This document shows, one piece after another, positions 30,542 through 39,578 of a DNA stretch of 64,000 bases. Below the pieces are notes generated by a model that was given only the letters and a program-made list of their open reading frames with translations, was not told the DNA's origin and did no database searches. Source of the DNA: an uncultured Aquiluna sp. (GTDB lineage Bacteria; Actinomycetota; Actinomycetes; Actinomycetales; Microbacteriaceae); contig CAJYLB010000001.1 of the NCBI GenBank assembly GCA_913775595.1, forward strand, positions 620,001-684,000, in the 5' to 3' direction. Numbering within the stretch: the stretch's first letter is position 1; the number at the start of each line of letters is the position of its first letter. Position numbers and translations under genes: made by a program.

Positions 30542-31402
30542 ATGAGTTTCCAAGAATTCCTCTCCCAGTGGTCACTGGCCATCTCGGTCTCCGCGATCAT
30601 CCTCGGCGCCATTGTGCTCCGCGTCATCGTCCGCGTTGCAACTAAGCGCGCAGTGAAGACGATTGTGGCTGGCGTCAACAGAGTCAAGGAAGACGAGCGC
30701 CTCGATGCCGTCATGGCCGAGCAGCGCCTGGCCCAACGAACCAAGACCATTGCGTCGGTGCTGGACAACTTTGCAACCTGGGCCATCACCATCACGGCAG
30801 TCGTGATGGTGCTGAGCGAATTCGGTGTGAATGTAGGGGCCCTAATTGCGGTGTCAACGGTCTTGGGTGCAGCAATTGGTTTCGGTTCTCAGTCGCTTGT
30901 GAAAGACCTGCTTAGCGGCATCTTCATTGTCTTTGAGGATCAATACGGTGTCGGAGACTGGGTTGACCTCGATGGAGTTTCGGGCGAGGTAGAGCGTGTG
31001 GGCCTCCGAGTTACAGAGGTCAGGGATATCCACGGGACACTTTGGTTCGTTCGCAATGGTGAGATTCTCAAGGTCGGGAACTCTTCTCAGGAGTGGGCCG
31101 CTTCACTGCTCGACTTCTCGTTCGCCTACGACAATGACGTAGACAAGGTTGAGGCAATCATTCGTGAGACCGCCGAAGCTATGCGCAAGGACCAAGAGTG
31201 GGCTGACATTATGACCTCAGATGCCGAGGTCTGGGGCATGCAGCACGTCTCTGGAGAACAGTTCATCCTCCGCACTTCGATTAGGACTCTTCCAAACAAA
31301 CAGTGGTCAGTATCGAGAGAGCTCAGAAAGCGCTGCAAGGCAGCATTTGATAAGCAGGGCATCACCCTGCTTGAAGCGCAAAAGATCAACCTGGCCAAAT
31401 AG
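30542..31402 (+). CDS. MscS family mechanosensitive channel
   Basis: GFGSQSLVKDLLSG...EDQYGVGD...GEVERVGLRVT motif. Confidence 0.93.
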   Translation: MSFQEFLSQWSLAISVSAIILGAIVLRVIVRVATKRAVKTIVAGVNRVKEDERLDAVMAEQRLAQRTKTIASVLDNFATWAITITAVVMVLSEFGVNVGALIAVSTVLGAAIGFGSQSLVKDLLSGIFIVFEDQYGVGDWVDLDGVSGEVERVGLRVTEVRDIHGTLWFVRNGEILKVGNSSQEWAASLLDFSFAYDNDVDKVEAIIRETAEAMRKDQEWADIMTSDAEVWGMQHVSGEQFILRTSIRTLPNKQWSVSRELRKRCKAAFDKQGITLLEAQKINLAK

Positions 31403-31780
31403 TTGCAAACGCTCTTTGATCGCGTTGGCGGCAGCGCCACTTTTGACAAGCTTGCCAAAGAGTTCTATCGAGGCGTCGCCTCGGATCCGCTTCTAAAGCC
31501 GATGTATCCGGAGCAGGATCTTGGTCCAGCCGAGCGCCGGCTAAACATGTTCCTTCAGCAGTACTGGGGAGGCCCAGACATCTACCAACAGGAGCGCGGT
31601 CACCCAAGGCTCAGGATGCGACACGCCCCCTACAAGATCGGCCCTAAGGCCAAAGAAGCCTGGCTTGGCCACATGCGAAATGCAGTCGATTCTCTCGAGC
31701 TCTCGCCAGCAGATGAGGCCGAACTCTGGGACTACCTGGAGCGCGCTGCGACCGCGATGCTCAACACCTTTGACGACTAG
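31403..31780 (+). CDS. glbO: Group II truncated hemoglobin
   Basis: FLQQYWGGP..Y...RGHPRLRMRH motif. Confidence 0.92.
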   Translation: MQTLFDRVGGSATFDKLAKEFYRGVASDPLLKPMYPEQDLGPAERRLNMFLQQYWGGPDIYQQERGHPRLRMRHAPYKIGPKAKEAWLGHMRNAVDSLELSPADEAELWDYLERAATAMLNTFDD

Positions 31781-32430
31781 GCGATTTTAAAGCTTTGCTT
31801 TGAGAGCACATGCCCGTGAGCAGAACTTAGTCTGACCCAGCCTTTGGCTGTGTAGACCTTGATCTCCTCGTCTTTTTGCATGAAACCGAGACCGGCCATG
31901 GCAAATGCAGCGGCCCCTGGCAGATGAAACTCGAGGCTCACAGTCTTCCCCCAGATTCCGAGCCTCACCCTGGCCGCTATCGAGCTTCCAACAGATGAGG
32001 GCAGGGTATTTGCAACTTCTGCAATGCCATCCTTTGCCCACTGACTAATTTGGGCTTGGCTCACAGTTCCCGATTCCTCCCAGTCCTGTCGAGGTGGGGT
32101 GACTCCGCTCCAGGCAGCGCGGGTTGATTCTTGAGGCAACTCGAGCTGCATGCCTTCAACTGCCGGCGAGGCAAGTCGTTCTTGAATGGAGGCAATTGTG
32201 AAGGTTGCGTCAAGCTCGGCTTTTTCTATCTTCATGGTTCTCAGACCAAGAACCGTAGGTCCATCACCCATAAGAGACCCAGAAAATATAGGTGATACGT
32301 AAACGGCCAAAATGTCACCGAATGCTCGAAATTTCACGCAGCCATCATCGTCAAGCTTCCTTGCCCGAGTTAGGTAAGAGCTGAGGTCTGCGATGTCTCG
32401 CTGATCCAAAAAACGAATGGTGTTTGTCAT
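31777..32430 (-). CDS. Conserved-looking hypothetical protein
   Basis: 217-aa ORF that fills the globin-tesB gap; no motif recognised. Confidence 0.75.
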   Translation of the reverse strand: MTNTIRFLDQRDIADLSSYLTRARKLDDDGCVKFRAFGDILAVYVSPIFSGSLMGDGPTVLGLRTMKIEKAELDATFTIASIQERLASPAVEGMQLELPQESTRAAWSGVTPPRQDWEESGTVSQAQISQWAKDGIAEVANTLPSSVGSSIAARVRLGIWGKTVSLEFHLPGAAAFAMAGLGFMQKDEEIKVYTAKGWVRLSSAHGHVLSKQSFKIA

Positions 32431-32465
32431 GCCGAAACTAAACTAGCGGCTCTGGAGGTTTTCCC

Positions 32466-33344
32466 ATGAGCGACCCAAAGATTCCCTTAGACCCGATTGC
32501 GGATCTACTGGATGTCCTAGAGCTCAAGAAGATATCCGAGACTGACTTTGTGGGGAGGTCTCAGTGGATGCCGCAAGGCAGGGTTTTTGGAGGCCAGGTT
32601 CTCGCCCAGTCACTTGTCGCCTCAATGAGCACACTCCCCGACACCCGAAGAGTTCATTCGCTTCACAGCTACTTCCTGAGACCAGGTGATGTTGACCAGG
32701 AAATTAATTTCGAGGTTGAAGTGCTGCGAGATGGGAGGTCTTTCAGTGCAAGGCGAGTAAAAGCGATCCAATTGGGCAAGCCAATCTTTGTCCTAAGTGC
32801 TTCGTTCCAGGATGAGGCCCCGGGACTCACTCACCAAGAGCCAATGCCCGCAGGGCTCCCAGAACCTGAGTCACTGCCGAGTGCAAAGGAGGTACTCGGA
32901 GAGAGCGACCACCCAGCTGCAAAATACTGGGCCAACGCTAGACCCTTCGATTTTCGCCACATAACCGAGCCGATCTATCTTCGGCCAGCAAAAGATAAGT
33001 CGGCCGACCAAATGATTTGGTTCAAGGCTATTGGCGAAGTGCCAACCGAGGAGAAACTGCACACCGCAGCCCTCGCCTATGCCTCTGACTACACAATTCT
33101 TGAGTCAATACTGAGAAACCATGGGCTTTCCTGGGCCTACCCCGGCCTCAACATGGCAAGCCTGGATCATGCGATGTGGTTCCATGGAAAGCCAAATGTC
33201 AATGACTGGATGCTTTATGTCCAACACAGCCCATCTGCCTCAGGCGGCAGAGGCCTGGCCTTTGGCTCCATCTATTCCAAAGAAGGCGCGCTGCTCGTGT
33301 CGATTGCCCAAGAGGGCATGATCAGGATCCCTACCTATCGCTAG
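32466..33344 (+). CDS. tesB: Acyl-CoA thioesterase II
   Basis: RVFGGQVLAQ, HSLHSYFLRPG, YASD, SLDHAMWFH and AQEGM motifs. Confidence 0.96.
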   Translation: MSDPKIPLDPIADLLDVLELKKISETDFVGRSQWMPQGRVFGGQVLAQSLVASMSTLPDTRRVHSLHSYFLRPGDVDQEINFEVEVLRDGRSFSARRVKAIQLGKPIFVLSASFQDEAPGLTHQEPMPAGLPEPESLPSAKEVLGESDHPAAKYWANARPFDFRHITEPIYLRPAKDKSADQMIWFKAIGEVPTEEKLHTAALAYASDYTILESILRNHGLSWAYPGLNMASLDHAMWFHGKPNVNDWMLYVQHSPSASGGRGLAFGSIYSKEGALLVSIAQEGMIRIPTYR

Positions 33345-35023
33345 TCGCGAGTTAGTCTCCGGTAGCGGCTGCGATGTGGCTTCGCGGCCTCTGGGCCGAG
33401 CCTTTGAATCTTGTTTTCCTCGTAGGCCTCGAAGTTGCCCTCAAACCAGTACCAACGATCCGGCGTCTCGTCGTCTCCCTCGTAGGCGAGGATGTGCGTT
33501 GCAACGCGGTCAAGGAACCAGCGATCGTGAGTGATCACCACAGCACAGCCAGGGAACTCCAGTAGCGCATTCTCAAGCGAGGCAAGCGTTTCAACATCCA
33601 GGTCGTTGGTGGGCTCGTCGAGCAAAAGAAGATTCCCGCCCTGTTTCAAGGTGAGTGCAAGGTTCAGGCGATTCCGCTCACCACCAGATAGGACCCCAGC
33701 CTTCTTTTGCTGATCAGCACCCTTGAAGCCGAAGGCCGCAACATATGCCCTGGAAGGCATCTCAACCTGACCAACCTGAATGTAATCGAGGCCGCCAGAT
33801 ACGACCTCCCAAAGAGACTTTTGAGGATCGATTCCAGCCCTGTTCTGATCCACATAGGAGATCTGAACCGTTTCACCGATCTTGAGCTCTCCACCGTCGA
33901 TCTGCTCTATTCCCGTGATGCACTTGAACAGCGTCGACTTACCGACACCGTTCGGTCCGATAATTCCGACGATTCCGTTGCGGGGAAGAGTGAAGGAAAG
34001 ATCGGTAAATAGCTTCCTGTCATCGAAACCCTTGGCAATCTTCTTTGCCTCAATAACCACGTCACCCAATCTGGGGCCGGGTGGAATCTGAATCTCCTCG
34101 AAGTCGAGCTTGCGAGTCTTCTCTGCCTCTGCTGCCATCTCTTCGTAGCGAGCTAGACGAGCCTTGCTCTTGGTCTGCTTGGCCTTTGGAGTTGATCGCA
34201 CCCATTCGAGCTCATCTTTTAGGCGCTTCTGGAGCTTGGCATCTTTCTTACCTGCAACCTCGAGTCGCTCGGCCTTCTTTTCAAGATATGTTGAGTAGTT
34301 GCCCTCGTAAGGGTAAGCGCGACCTCTGTCTAGCTCGAGAATCCACTCGGCTACATTGTCAAGGAAGTACCTATCGTGGGTGACCGCTAGCACAGCACCG
34401 GGATACTTGGCGAGGTGTTGCTCAAGCCAGAGAACACTCTCTGCGTCGAGGTGGTTAGTTGGCTCGTCCAAGAGCAACAGGTCGGGCTTTTGGAGGAGCA
34501 GCTTGCAAAGAGCCACTCTTCTACGCTCACCACCTGAAAGATTGGTGACGGGCAAATCACTCGGAGGACACCTAAGCGCGTCCATTGCCTGCTCCAGCTG
34601 ATTTTCTAGATCCCAACCATCAGCAGCGTCAATGTCCTCTTGGAGCTTTCCCATCTCCGCGAGCAAGGTGTCGTAGTCCGCATCTGGGTTCGCAAGCTCT
34701 GCACTGATCTCATTGAAGCGATCAATCTTGCCCTTGAGTTCCCCAACAGCCTCCTCGACGTTGCCCAGAACTGTTTTCTCCTCGTTAAGTGGAGGCTCTT
34801 GAAGCAAAATGCCAACAGAGGCATCTTCTGCAAGTCTCGCTTCTCCATTGGACGGATTGTCTAGGCCGGCCATGATCTTCAAAAGCGATGACTTACCGGC
34901 TCCGTTCGGTCCAACCACGCCAATTTTCGCCCCCGGGTAGAAAGCCAGAGTCACATCGTCAAGAATCACCTTGTCGCCATGCGCCTTGCGCGTTTTGATC
35001 ATTTGATAAATGAATTCAGCCAC
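33341..35023 (-). CDS. ettA: Energy-dependent translational throttle protein EttA (ABC-F)
   Basis: Two ABC domains with no TM segments; MAEFIYQM start, LEWVR...KSKARL linker and WYWFEGNF motif. Confidence 0.96.
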   Translation of the reverse strand: MAEFIYQMIKTRKAHGDKVILDDVTLAFYPGAKIGVVGPNGAGKSSLLKIMAGLDNPSNGEARLAEDASVGILLQEPPLNEEKTVLGNVEEAVGELKGKIDRFNEISAELANPDADYDTLLAEMGKLQEDIDAADGWDLENQLEQAMDALRCPPSDLPVTNLSGGERRRVALCKLLLQKPDLLLLDEPTNHLDAESVLWLEQHLAKYPGAVLAVTHDRYFLDNVAEWILELDRGRAYPYEGNYSTYLEKKAERLEVAGKKDAKLQKRLKDELEWVRSTPKAKQTKSKARLARYEEMAAEAEKTRKLDFEEIQIPPGPRLGDVVIEAKKIAKGFDDRKLFTDLSFTLPRNGIVGIIGPNGVGKSTLFKCITGIEQIDGGELKIGETVQISYVDQNRAGIDPQKSLWEVVSGGLDYIQVGQVEMPSRAYVAAFGFKGADQQKKAGVLSGGERNRLNLALTLKQGGNLLLLDEPTNDLDVETLASLENALLEFPGCAVVITHDRWFLDRVATHILAYEGDDETPDRWYWFEGNFEAYEENKIQRLGPEAAKPHRSRYRRLTRD

Positions 35024-35048
35024 TTTTACCCAATCGATTTAGACCGAG

Positions 35049-35170
35049 GAAAAACCCTCTTTGCCACGTGCTCGGGATAGCTTATCCCAGTGAGTCTGGC
35101 CTGCGGCCTTGCAAATGCAGTGGCAAAGAGGGCTTTGGGATCCAGTGGGTATTGGGGGCGCATGGATCCC
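35049..35170 (-). ncRNA. Candidate structured RNA (sRNA or leader/attenuator) upstream of ettA
   Basis: 8-bp stem (35137-35144/35163-35170) with a C-rich loop, then a 17-bp stem (35051-35067/35120-35136) enclosing inner hairpins and ending in a U tract. Confidence 0.55.
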
Positions 35171-35177
35171 TCGAAAG

Positions 35178-35582
35178 CTAAGCGGGTTGAAGCTCAGCCT
35201 CCGAATCTTCACTATCTTCTTCAGCCGGCTCAGCCCGGCGGAACTCTGTTGTGCCGAAGGTGAGGTCATGTCCGATTGCCTCGGCGTCAAGCTCGACGGA
35301 GGTGCCGCTGCGCTCTCCGTTGTCCCAGTCTCGAATCTTTAGCTTGCCGCTAACCAAGACGCGGTCCCCTTTGGCAAGTGAGCTGTGGGAGTTTTCCGCT
35401 AGCTTTCTGAAGCTGGAGACACTGAACCAGTTGGTCTGGTCGCTTGTCCACCTGCCTGCCTCAGCATCAAACCTGCGCTGAGGCGCGGCAAGCCTAAAGC
35501 TCAGCACGCTCAGGCCTTTATCGGTTTCAATCAGTCTTGGGTCAGTTGCAATCAGTCCACGCACTACAAGGGTCTCTGCCAT
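35178..35582 (-). CDS. ssb: Single-stranded DNA-binding protein, short paralog
   Basis: OB fold with FRLA...W...WF.V...LAEN...SLAKGDRVLVSGKL; acidic tail lacking the DDxPF end. Confidence 0.88.
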   Translation of the reverse strand: MAETLVVRGLIATDPRLIETDKGLSVLSFRLAAPQRRFDAEAGRWTSDQTNWFSVSSFRKLAENSHSSLAKGDRVLVSGKLKIRDWDNGERSGTSVELDAEAIGHDLTFGTTEFRRAEPAEEDSEDSEAELQPA

Positions 35583-35656
35583 CGATTTTTCCTATCTCTA
35601 AGTTGGGCGCTAGTTTGCCCAGCAACAAAGAGTTAGGAAAGAGAGTTATGGCTAGC

Positions 35657-35665
35657 TGTGGATAA
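35657..35665. promoter_or_regulatory. Perfect DnaA-box consensus (TGTGGATAA) upstream of the ssb paralog
   Basis: Exact reverse complement of TTATCCACA in the msrA-ssb spacer; single copy. Confidence 0.4.
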
Positions 35666-35686
35666 CTTCCCTATTTTGGAGTATGT

Positions 35687-36208
35687 CTACTTCACGAGGT
35701 GTGCGAAGCTCTGGCGAACCTTGCCGACCTTCGGAGCCACGACTGCCACGCAGTACCCCTGAGTGGGGTTCTTTGCGAAGTAGTCCTGGTGGTAATCCTC
35801 TGCCGGGTAGAACTTTTCTAGCTTTGAGATCTCTGTTACCACTCTTCCGCCCCAATTCTCGTTTGCCTTCAAGAGAGCATTCTCAAACAAACTTCGCTGC
35901 TCCTGGTTCTCATAGAACATGGCCGAACGGTACTGCGTGCCGACATCGTGGCCCTGGCGGTTTAGCTGGGTGGGGTCGTGAACGGTGAAGAAGACATCGA
36001 GAACAGTCTCAGGAGAAATCACCTCCGGGTCGAAAGTTATCGAGACAACCTCGGCGTGACCCGTGGTGCCATTGCAGACACTTTCGTAATTCGGATTGGG
36101 ATCGTGGCCTCCGGCATAGCCACAGGTCACATCTTCAATGCCCTTGAGCTGAATGTATGCGGAGTCAAGGCACCAAAAACATCCGCCGGCGAGAGTGAAA
36201 GTTTCCAT
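35687..36208 (-). CDS. msrA: Peptide-methionine (S)-S-oxide reductase
   Basis: GGCFWC, TGHAEVV, DVGTQYRS and AEDYHQDY motifs. Confidence 0.97.
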   Translation of the reverse strand: METFTLAGGCFWCLDSAYIQLKGIEDVTCGYAGGHDPNPNYESVCNGTTGHAEVVSITFDPEVISPETVLDVFFTVHDPTQLNRQGHDVGTQYRSAMFYENQEQRSLFENALLKANENWGGRVVTEISKLEKFYPAEDYHQDYFAKNPTQGYCVAVVAPKVGKVRQSFAHLVK

Positions 36209-36271
36209 TGCAGTTCTAAACTTTCCTCTGGTGGCATTTCATTCCACTTCGAAAGGTATGGCGCAGCCTAA

Positions 36272-37210
36272 TTGACCCAGAAAAACCCCACGCTTGGCGT
36301 GATTTATGCACTTGTTGCGGCAATTCTTTTTGGCATAAATGCCTCCACAACAAAGGTCATAATCGGCAGCGGCATTACCCCTGAGCAAGTTGTCTTTTTC
36401 CGCTCGCTGAGCGCGGGCCTGATTGCGTTGACCTGGGTGCTTTTCACTAACCCCAAGGCCATGAGGGTGCCGGTGAGACTCATTCCAAGGCTGCTGCTTC
36501 TTGGGGTTGTGGGTGTTGGCATGCTCCAGTGGACTTACAGCCAGGCTGTTTACTACCTGCCTATAGGAATTGCCCTGCTGATCGAATACACGGCGGTGCT
36601 GTGGGTGCCAATCATCGCTCTGTTGATATTCAAAGAGCAGGTTGGCAAGCAGATTTGGCTTGGAGCTGCACTCGTTCTAATTGGGCTAGCGGTAGTGGCA
36701 AATATTTGGGAATCCCAGCTCAGTGCACTCGGCATCTTTTTCGGTTTTGCTGCGGCCGCATCACTCACCACTCATTTCTTGACGGGCGAGAGGGTTCAGC
36801 GCTACCTCCCCACTAACGTAACCATGGCCTATGGCATGTCGATTGCGACGATTTTCTTTTTGCCGTTCTCTAACCTCGGCTCGCTCAGTCCCGAGATCAT
36901 CGGCGCAAGCATGGACCTTGGGGGCAATCTCTCCGGTACTTCGGTGCCGCTGTGGGTAGGCCTAGTGTTCATGGGAGTGTTTGGCTCATTTGCGCCAATG
37001 GCCCTTATCTACCTGGCACTCAGAAACTTGTCTGCGACGCTGGTTGGAGTCGTTGCAACTGCAGAGACAGTTCTTGCCGCGCTGTTCGCACTGTGGTGGC
37101 TTGGGGAGACGATTTCTGGGACTCAGTCCATTGGGGGTATCGTGGTTATTGCAGGAATCGTTCTTGCTCAGACCGCACGCAAACAAAAAGCAGTGAAAGT
37201 AGTTGATTAG
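36272..37210 (+). CDS. EamA/DMT family transporter
   Basis: About 10 TM helices in two repeats; ends LGETIS..Q.IGG. Confidence 0.88.
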   Translation: MTQKNPTLGVIYALVAAILFGINASTTKVIIGSGITPEQVVFFRSLSAGLIALTWVLFTNPKAMRVPVRLIPRLLLLGVVGVGMLQWTYSQAVYYLPIGIALLIEYTAVLWVPIIALLIFKEQVGKQIWLGAALVLIGLAVVANIWESQLSALGIFFGFAAAASLTTHFLTGERVQRYLPTNVTMAYGMSIATIFFLPFSNLGSLSPEIIGASMDLGGNLSGTSVPLWVGLVFMGVFGSFAPMALIYLALRNLSATLVGVVATAETVLAALFALWWLGETISGTQSIGGIVVIAGIVLAQTARKQKAVKVVD

Positions 37211-37212
37211 AC

Positions 37213-37593
37213 ATGGCCACGATGGAGCTCACGCTCGAGAATTTTGAAACCACGGTTGCCCAAGATGGCATTACGTTCGTTGACTTTTGGGCAGAGTGGT
37301 GCGGCCCCTGCAAGATGTTTGGCCCAATTTTCGAAAAGGCTGCCGAAGACAACCCCGAGATTCGTTTTGGCAAGGTCGACACCGAGGCTCAGCAGCAGCT
37401 GAGCGGCATGGCTGGTATCAGCTCCATTCCAACCCTCATGATCTTCCGCGATGGCATTCTGCTTTTCAACCAGGCTGGAGCGCTGCCTGGACCTGCTCTA
37501 GAGGAACTAATTGGCAAGGTCAAAGAGTTAGACATGGACGAGGTCCGCGCCGAGATTGCCAAGCAACAGGCTGAGGCTAAGCCAGAGAACTAG
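37213..37593 (+). CDS. Thioredoxin
   Basis: DFWAEWCGPC and SIPTL motifs. Confidence 0.95.
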   Translation: MATMELTLENFETTVAQDGITFVDFWAEWCGPCKMFGPIFEKAAEDNPEIRFGKVDTEAQQQLSGMAGISSIPTLMIFRDGILLFNQAGALPGPALEELIGKVKELDMDEVRAEIAKQQAEAKPEN

Positions 37594-37609
37594 TTGATGG
37601 GAGGCGCCG

Positions 37610-37834
37610 TTGCGCAATAACTCCCTTGCAATGCTGGGCACGATTGTCGCGATCGCAATCCTTGCCTGGTGGATTGGCTACTTCGATCCCACGACCTGCA
37701 CCCCAGATGTCCAGCAAGCAGGCTGGACCTCATGTGAGGAGATAGCCAGAGATCGCAACCTCGCTCTCGCGATTCTCATCGCACTGGTGGTCTTCGTCGT
37801 TGGTTTTATAGCAATCAGGTCAAGAAAGAAATAA
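37610..37834 (+). CDS. Small two-TM hypothetical protein with a Cys pair in the loop
   Basis: SD GGGAGG and TTG start; TM-loop(C-x10-C)-TM-basic tail; fills the thioredoxin-ald gap. Confidence 0.7.
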   Translation: MRNNSLAMLGTIVAIAILAWWIGYFDPTTCTPDVQQAGWTSCEEIARDRNLALAILIALVVFVVGFIAIRSRKK

Positions 37835-38947
37835 CTACAAAACCTCTTTCGTCTCCACACAATCGAGATCCTCGAAGGCGTGCGCGACAGCGGGGTGGGT
37901 CACCTTACCCTCGTGGGTATTGAGTCCGAGAGCCAGGGCCGCATCGTCCCTCAGAGCCTGCTGCCAGCCCTTGTTGGCTAGTGCAATCACATAGGGAAGA
38001 GTTGCATTGGTGAGTGCTCTGGTCGAGGTGTTTGGGACCGCCCCAGGCATATTTGCAACGCAGTAGTAGACGCTCTGGTGAACAGGGAACGTGGGCTCAT
38101 CGTGGGTAGTGGGACGAGAGTGCTCAAAACATCCGCCCTGATCGATCGCTATGTCGACCAAAACTGAGCCTTGCTTCATGCCCTGAACCATCTCGTCGGT
38201 TACCAGCTTGGGCGCCTTCTCCCCCGGAATAAGCACAGATCCGATTACAAGGTCTGCATCCCTAAGTTGCTCCGCAATTTCATAAGAGGTTGAGACGCGG
38301 GTTTGGACCTCCCCGTTGAACCGCTCTTCAATCTCTCGAAGTCTCGGCAACGATAGGTCGATAACGACCACGTCCGCTCCCATGCCGTTGGCAACGTATG
38401 CGGCCTCGGTCCCAGCCACCCCGCCGCCGATAACCACGACTTTTGCTCGGGGAGTGCCCGGCACCCCACCCATGAGCACACCGAGACCACCCTGGGTCTT
38501 CATGAGCTGATAAGCCCCTATTTGCGCAGACAGCCTCCCGGCAACCTCACTCATGGGCTGCAATAGCGGTAGCGACCTGCCAACCTGAACGGTTTCGTAG
38601 GCGATTGCGGTAGTTCCGGAAGCCAGCAGCGCCTCGGTGCAGGGGCGGGAGGCTGCTAGGTGAAGGTAGGTGAAAAGGACCTGCCCCTTACGCATCAGCT
38701 TGTATTCAGGCTCGATTGGCTCCTTGACCTTCACGATCATCTCGGCCTCAGCCCAGACCTGCTTTGCCTCGCCGGCTATGTCTGCGCCCGCCTCGACATA
38801 GTCGGTATCCAGGAATCCAGAACCAACACCAGCGTTTTTCTCAATGAGGACCCTGTGGCCGCGCTGAGTTAGCTCGTGAACTCCGGCCGGCGTCATTGCC
38901 ACCCGGTTTTCGTTGTTCTTTATTTCTTTTGGTACACCTACAAGCAT
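37835..38947 (-). CDS. ald: Alanine dehydrogenase
   Basis: [46 protein letters not shown] and [10 protein letters not shown] motifs. Confidence 0.98.
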   Translation of the reverse strand: MLVGVPKEIKNNENRVAMTPAGVHELTQRGHRVLIEKNAGVGSGFLDTDYVEAGADIAGEAKQVWAEAEMIVKVKEPIEPEYKLMRKGQVLFTYLHLAASRPCTEALLASGTTAIAYETVQVGRSLPLLQPMSEVAGRLSAQIGAYQLMKTQGGLGVLMGGVPGTPRAKVVVIGGGVAGTEAAYVANGMGADVVVIDLSLPRLREIEERFNGEVQTRVSTSYEIAEQLRDADLVIGSVLIPGEKAPKLVTDEMVQGMKQGSVLVDIAIDQGGCFEHSRPTTHDEPTFPVHQSVYYCVANMPGAVPNTSTRALTNATLPYVIALANKGWQQALRDDAALALGLNTHEGKVTHPAVAHAFEDLDCVETKEVL

Positions 38948-39066
38948 TTGTGCTCCTCAAATTTCTATAATTTTGCAAGATGTTCGAAGAATTTGTGTTT
39001 GACCTGTATTTTCTGCGGCAATAAACTCATATTTTGGAGATAAGTCGATGTTTGGAGAAGTTTCTT

Positions 39067-39549
39067 ATGCCTGAACCGAAGAAAATTCAGCCCCAGATTG
39101 CACTAGACAAAATTGACCGCGAAATCCTGAGACTGCTCTCCGAAAACGGGCGGCTTTCAAACTCAGATCTCGCGGCCAAAGTTGGTCTAGCACCATCTAC
39201 CTGCCTAGGCAGGGTCCGAAGGCTTGTCGACGAAGGAGTCATCAAGTCTTTCAGCGCAGAAGTCTCCCCCGAAGCAATTGGACTCGAGCTCCAGGCGTTG
39301 ATCTCAGTCACCCTCAGAGCCGGGGCAAGAGCAAATCTTGCAACTTTCATGCAGCAGATGCGGGAGCACCCGCAGGTGGTCCAGGTCTTTTTCCTCGGTG
39401 GTCAAGAGGACTTCATCGTCCATGTGGCGGTAGAGAACTCGGAGGCGGTGAGGGAGTTCGTGCTTGAGCAACTGAGCAATAATGCGTCTGTGGCAAACAC
39501 AAGAACAAACATCGTCTTCGACCATCACCACAAGGGCCCAATTAGTTAG
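39067..39549 (+). CDS. Lrp/AsnC family regulator (AldR-like, divergent from ald)
   Basis: HTH LDKIDREILRLL...NSDLAAKVGLAPSTCLGRVRRL plus a RAM domain; start at ATG 39067. Confidence 0.92.
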   Translation: MPEPKKIQPQIALDKIDREILRLLSENGRLSNSDLAAKVGLAPSTCLGRVRRLVDEGVIKSFSAEVSPEAIGLELQALISVTLRAGARANLATFMQQMREHPQVVQVFFLGGQEDFIVHVAVENSEAVREFVLEQLSNNASVANTRTNIVFDHHHKGPIS

Positions 39550-39578
39550 AGTTAGGCGAGGTCAAAGGAGACAAATAA

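Noticed and set aside
35049..35170. Spacer element as a tRNA, SRP RNA or known riboswitch
   Set aside because: No T-loop TTCRA or CCA end, no SRP GGAA/AGCAG motif, and no TPP, SAM or cobalamin consensus recognised. Kept as an unassigned structured element.
38948..39066. Specific AldR/Lrp binding sites in the ald-Lrp spacer
   Set aside because: The spacer is AT-rich and a plausible target, but I could not identify convincing consensus matches by eye, so no individual sites are called.
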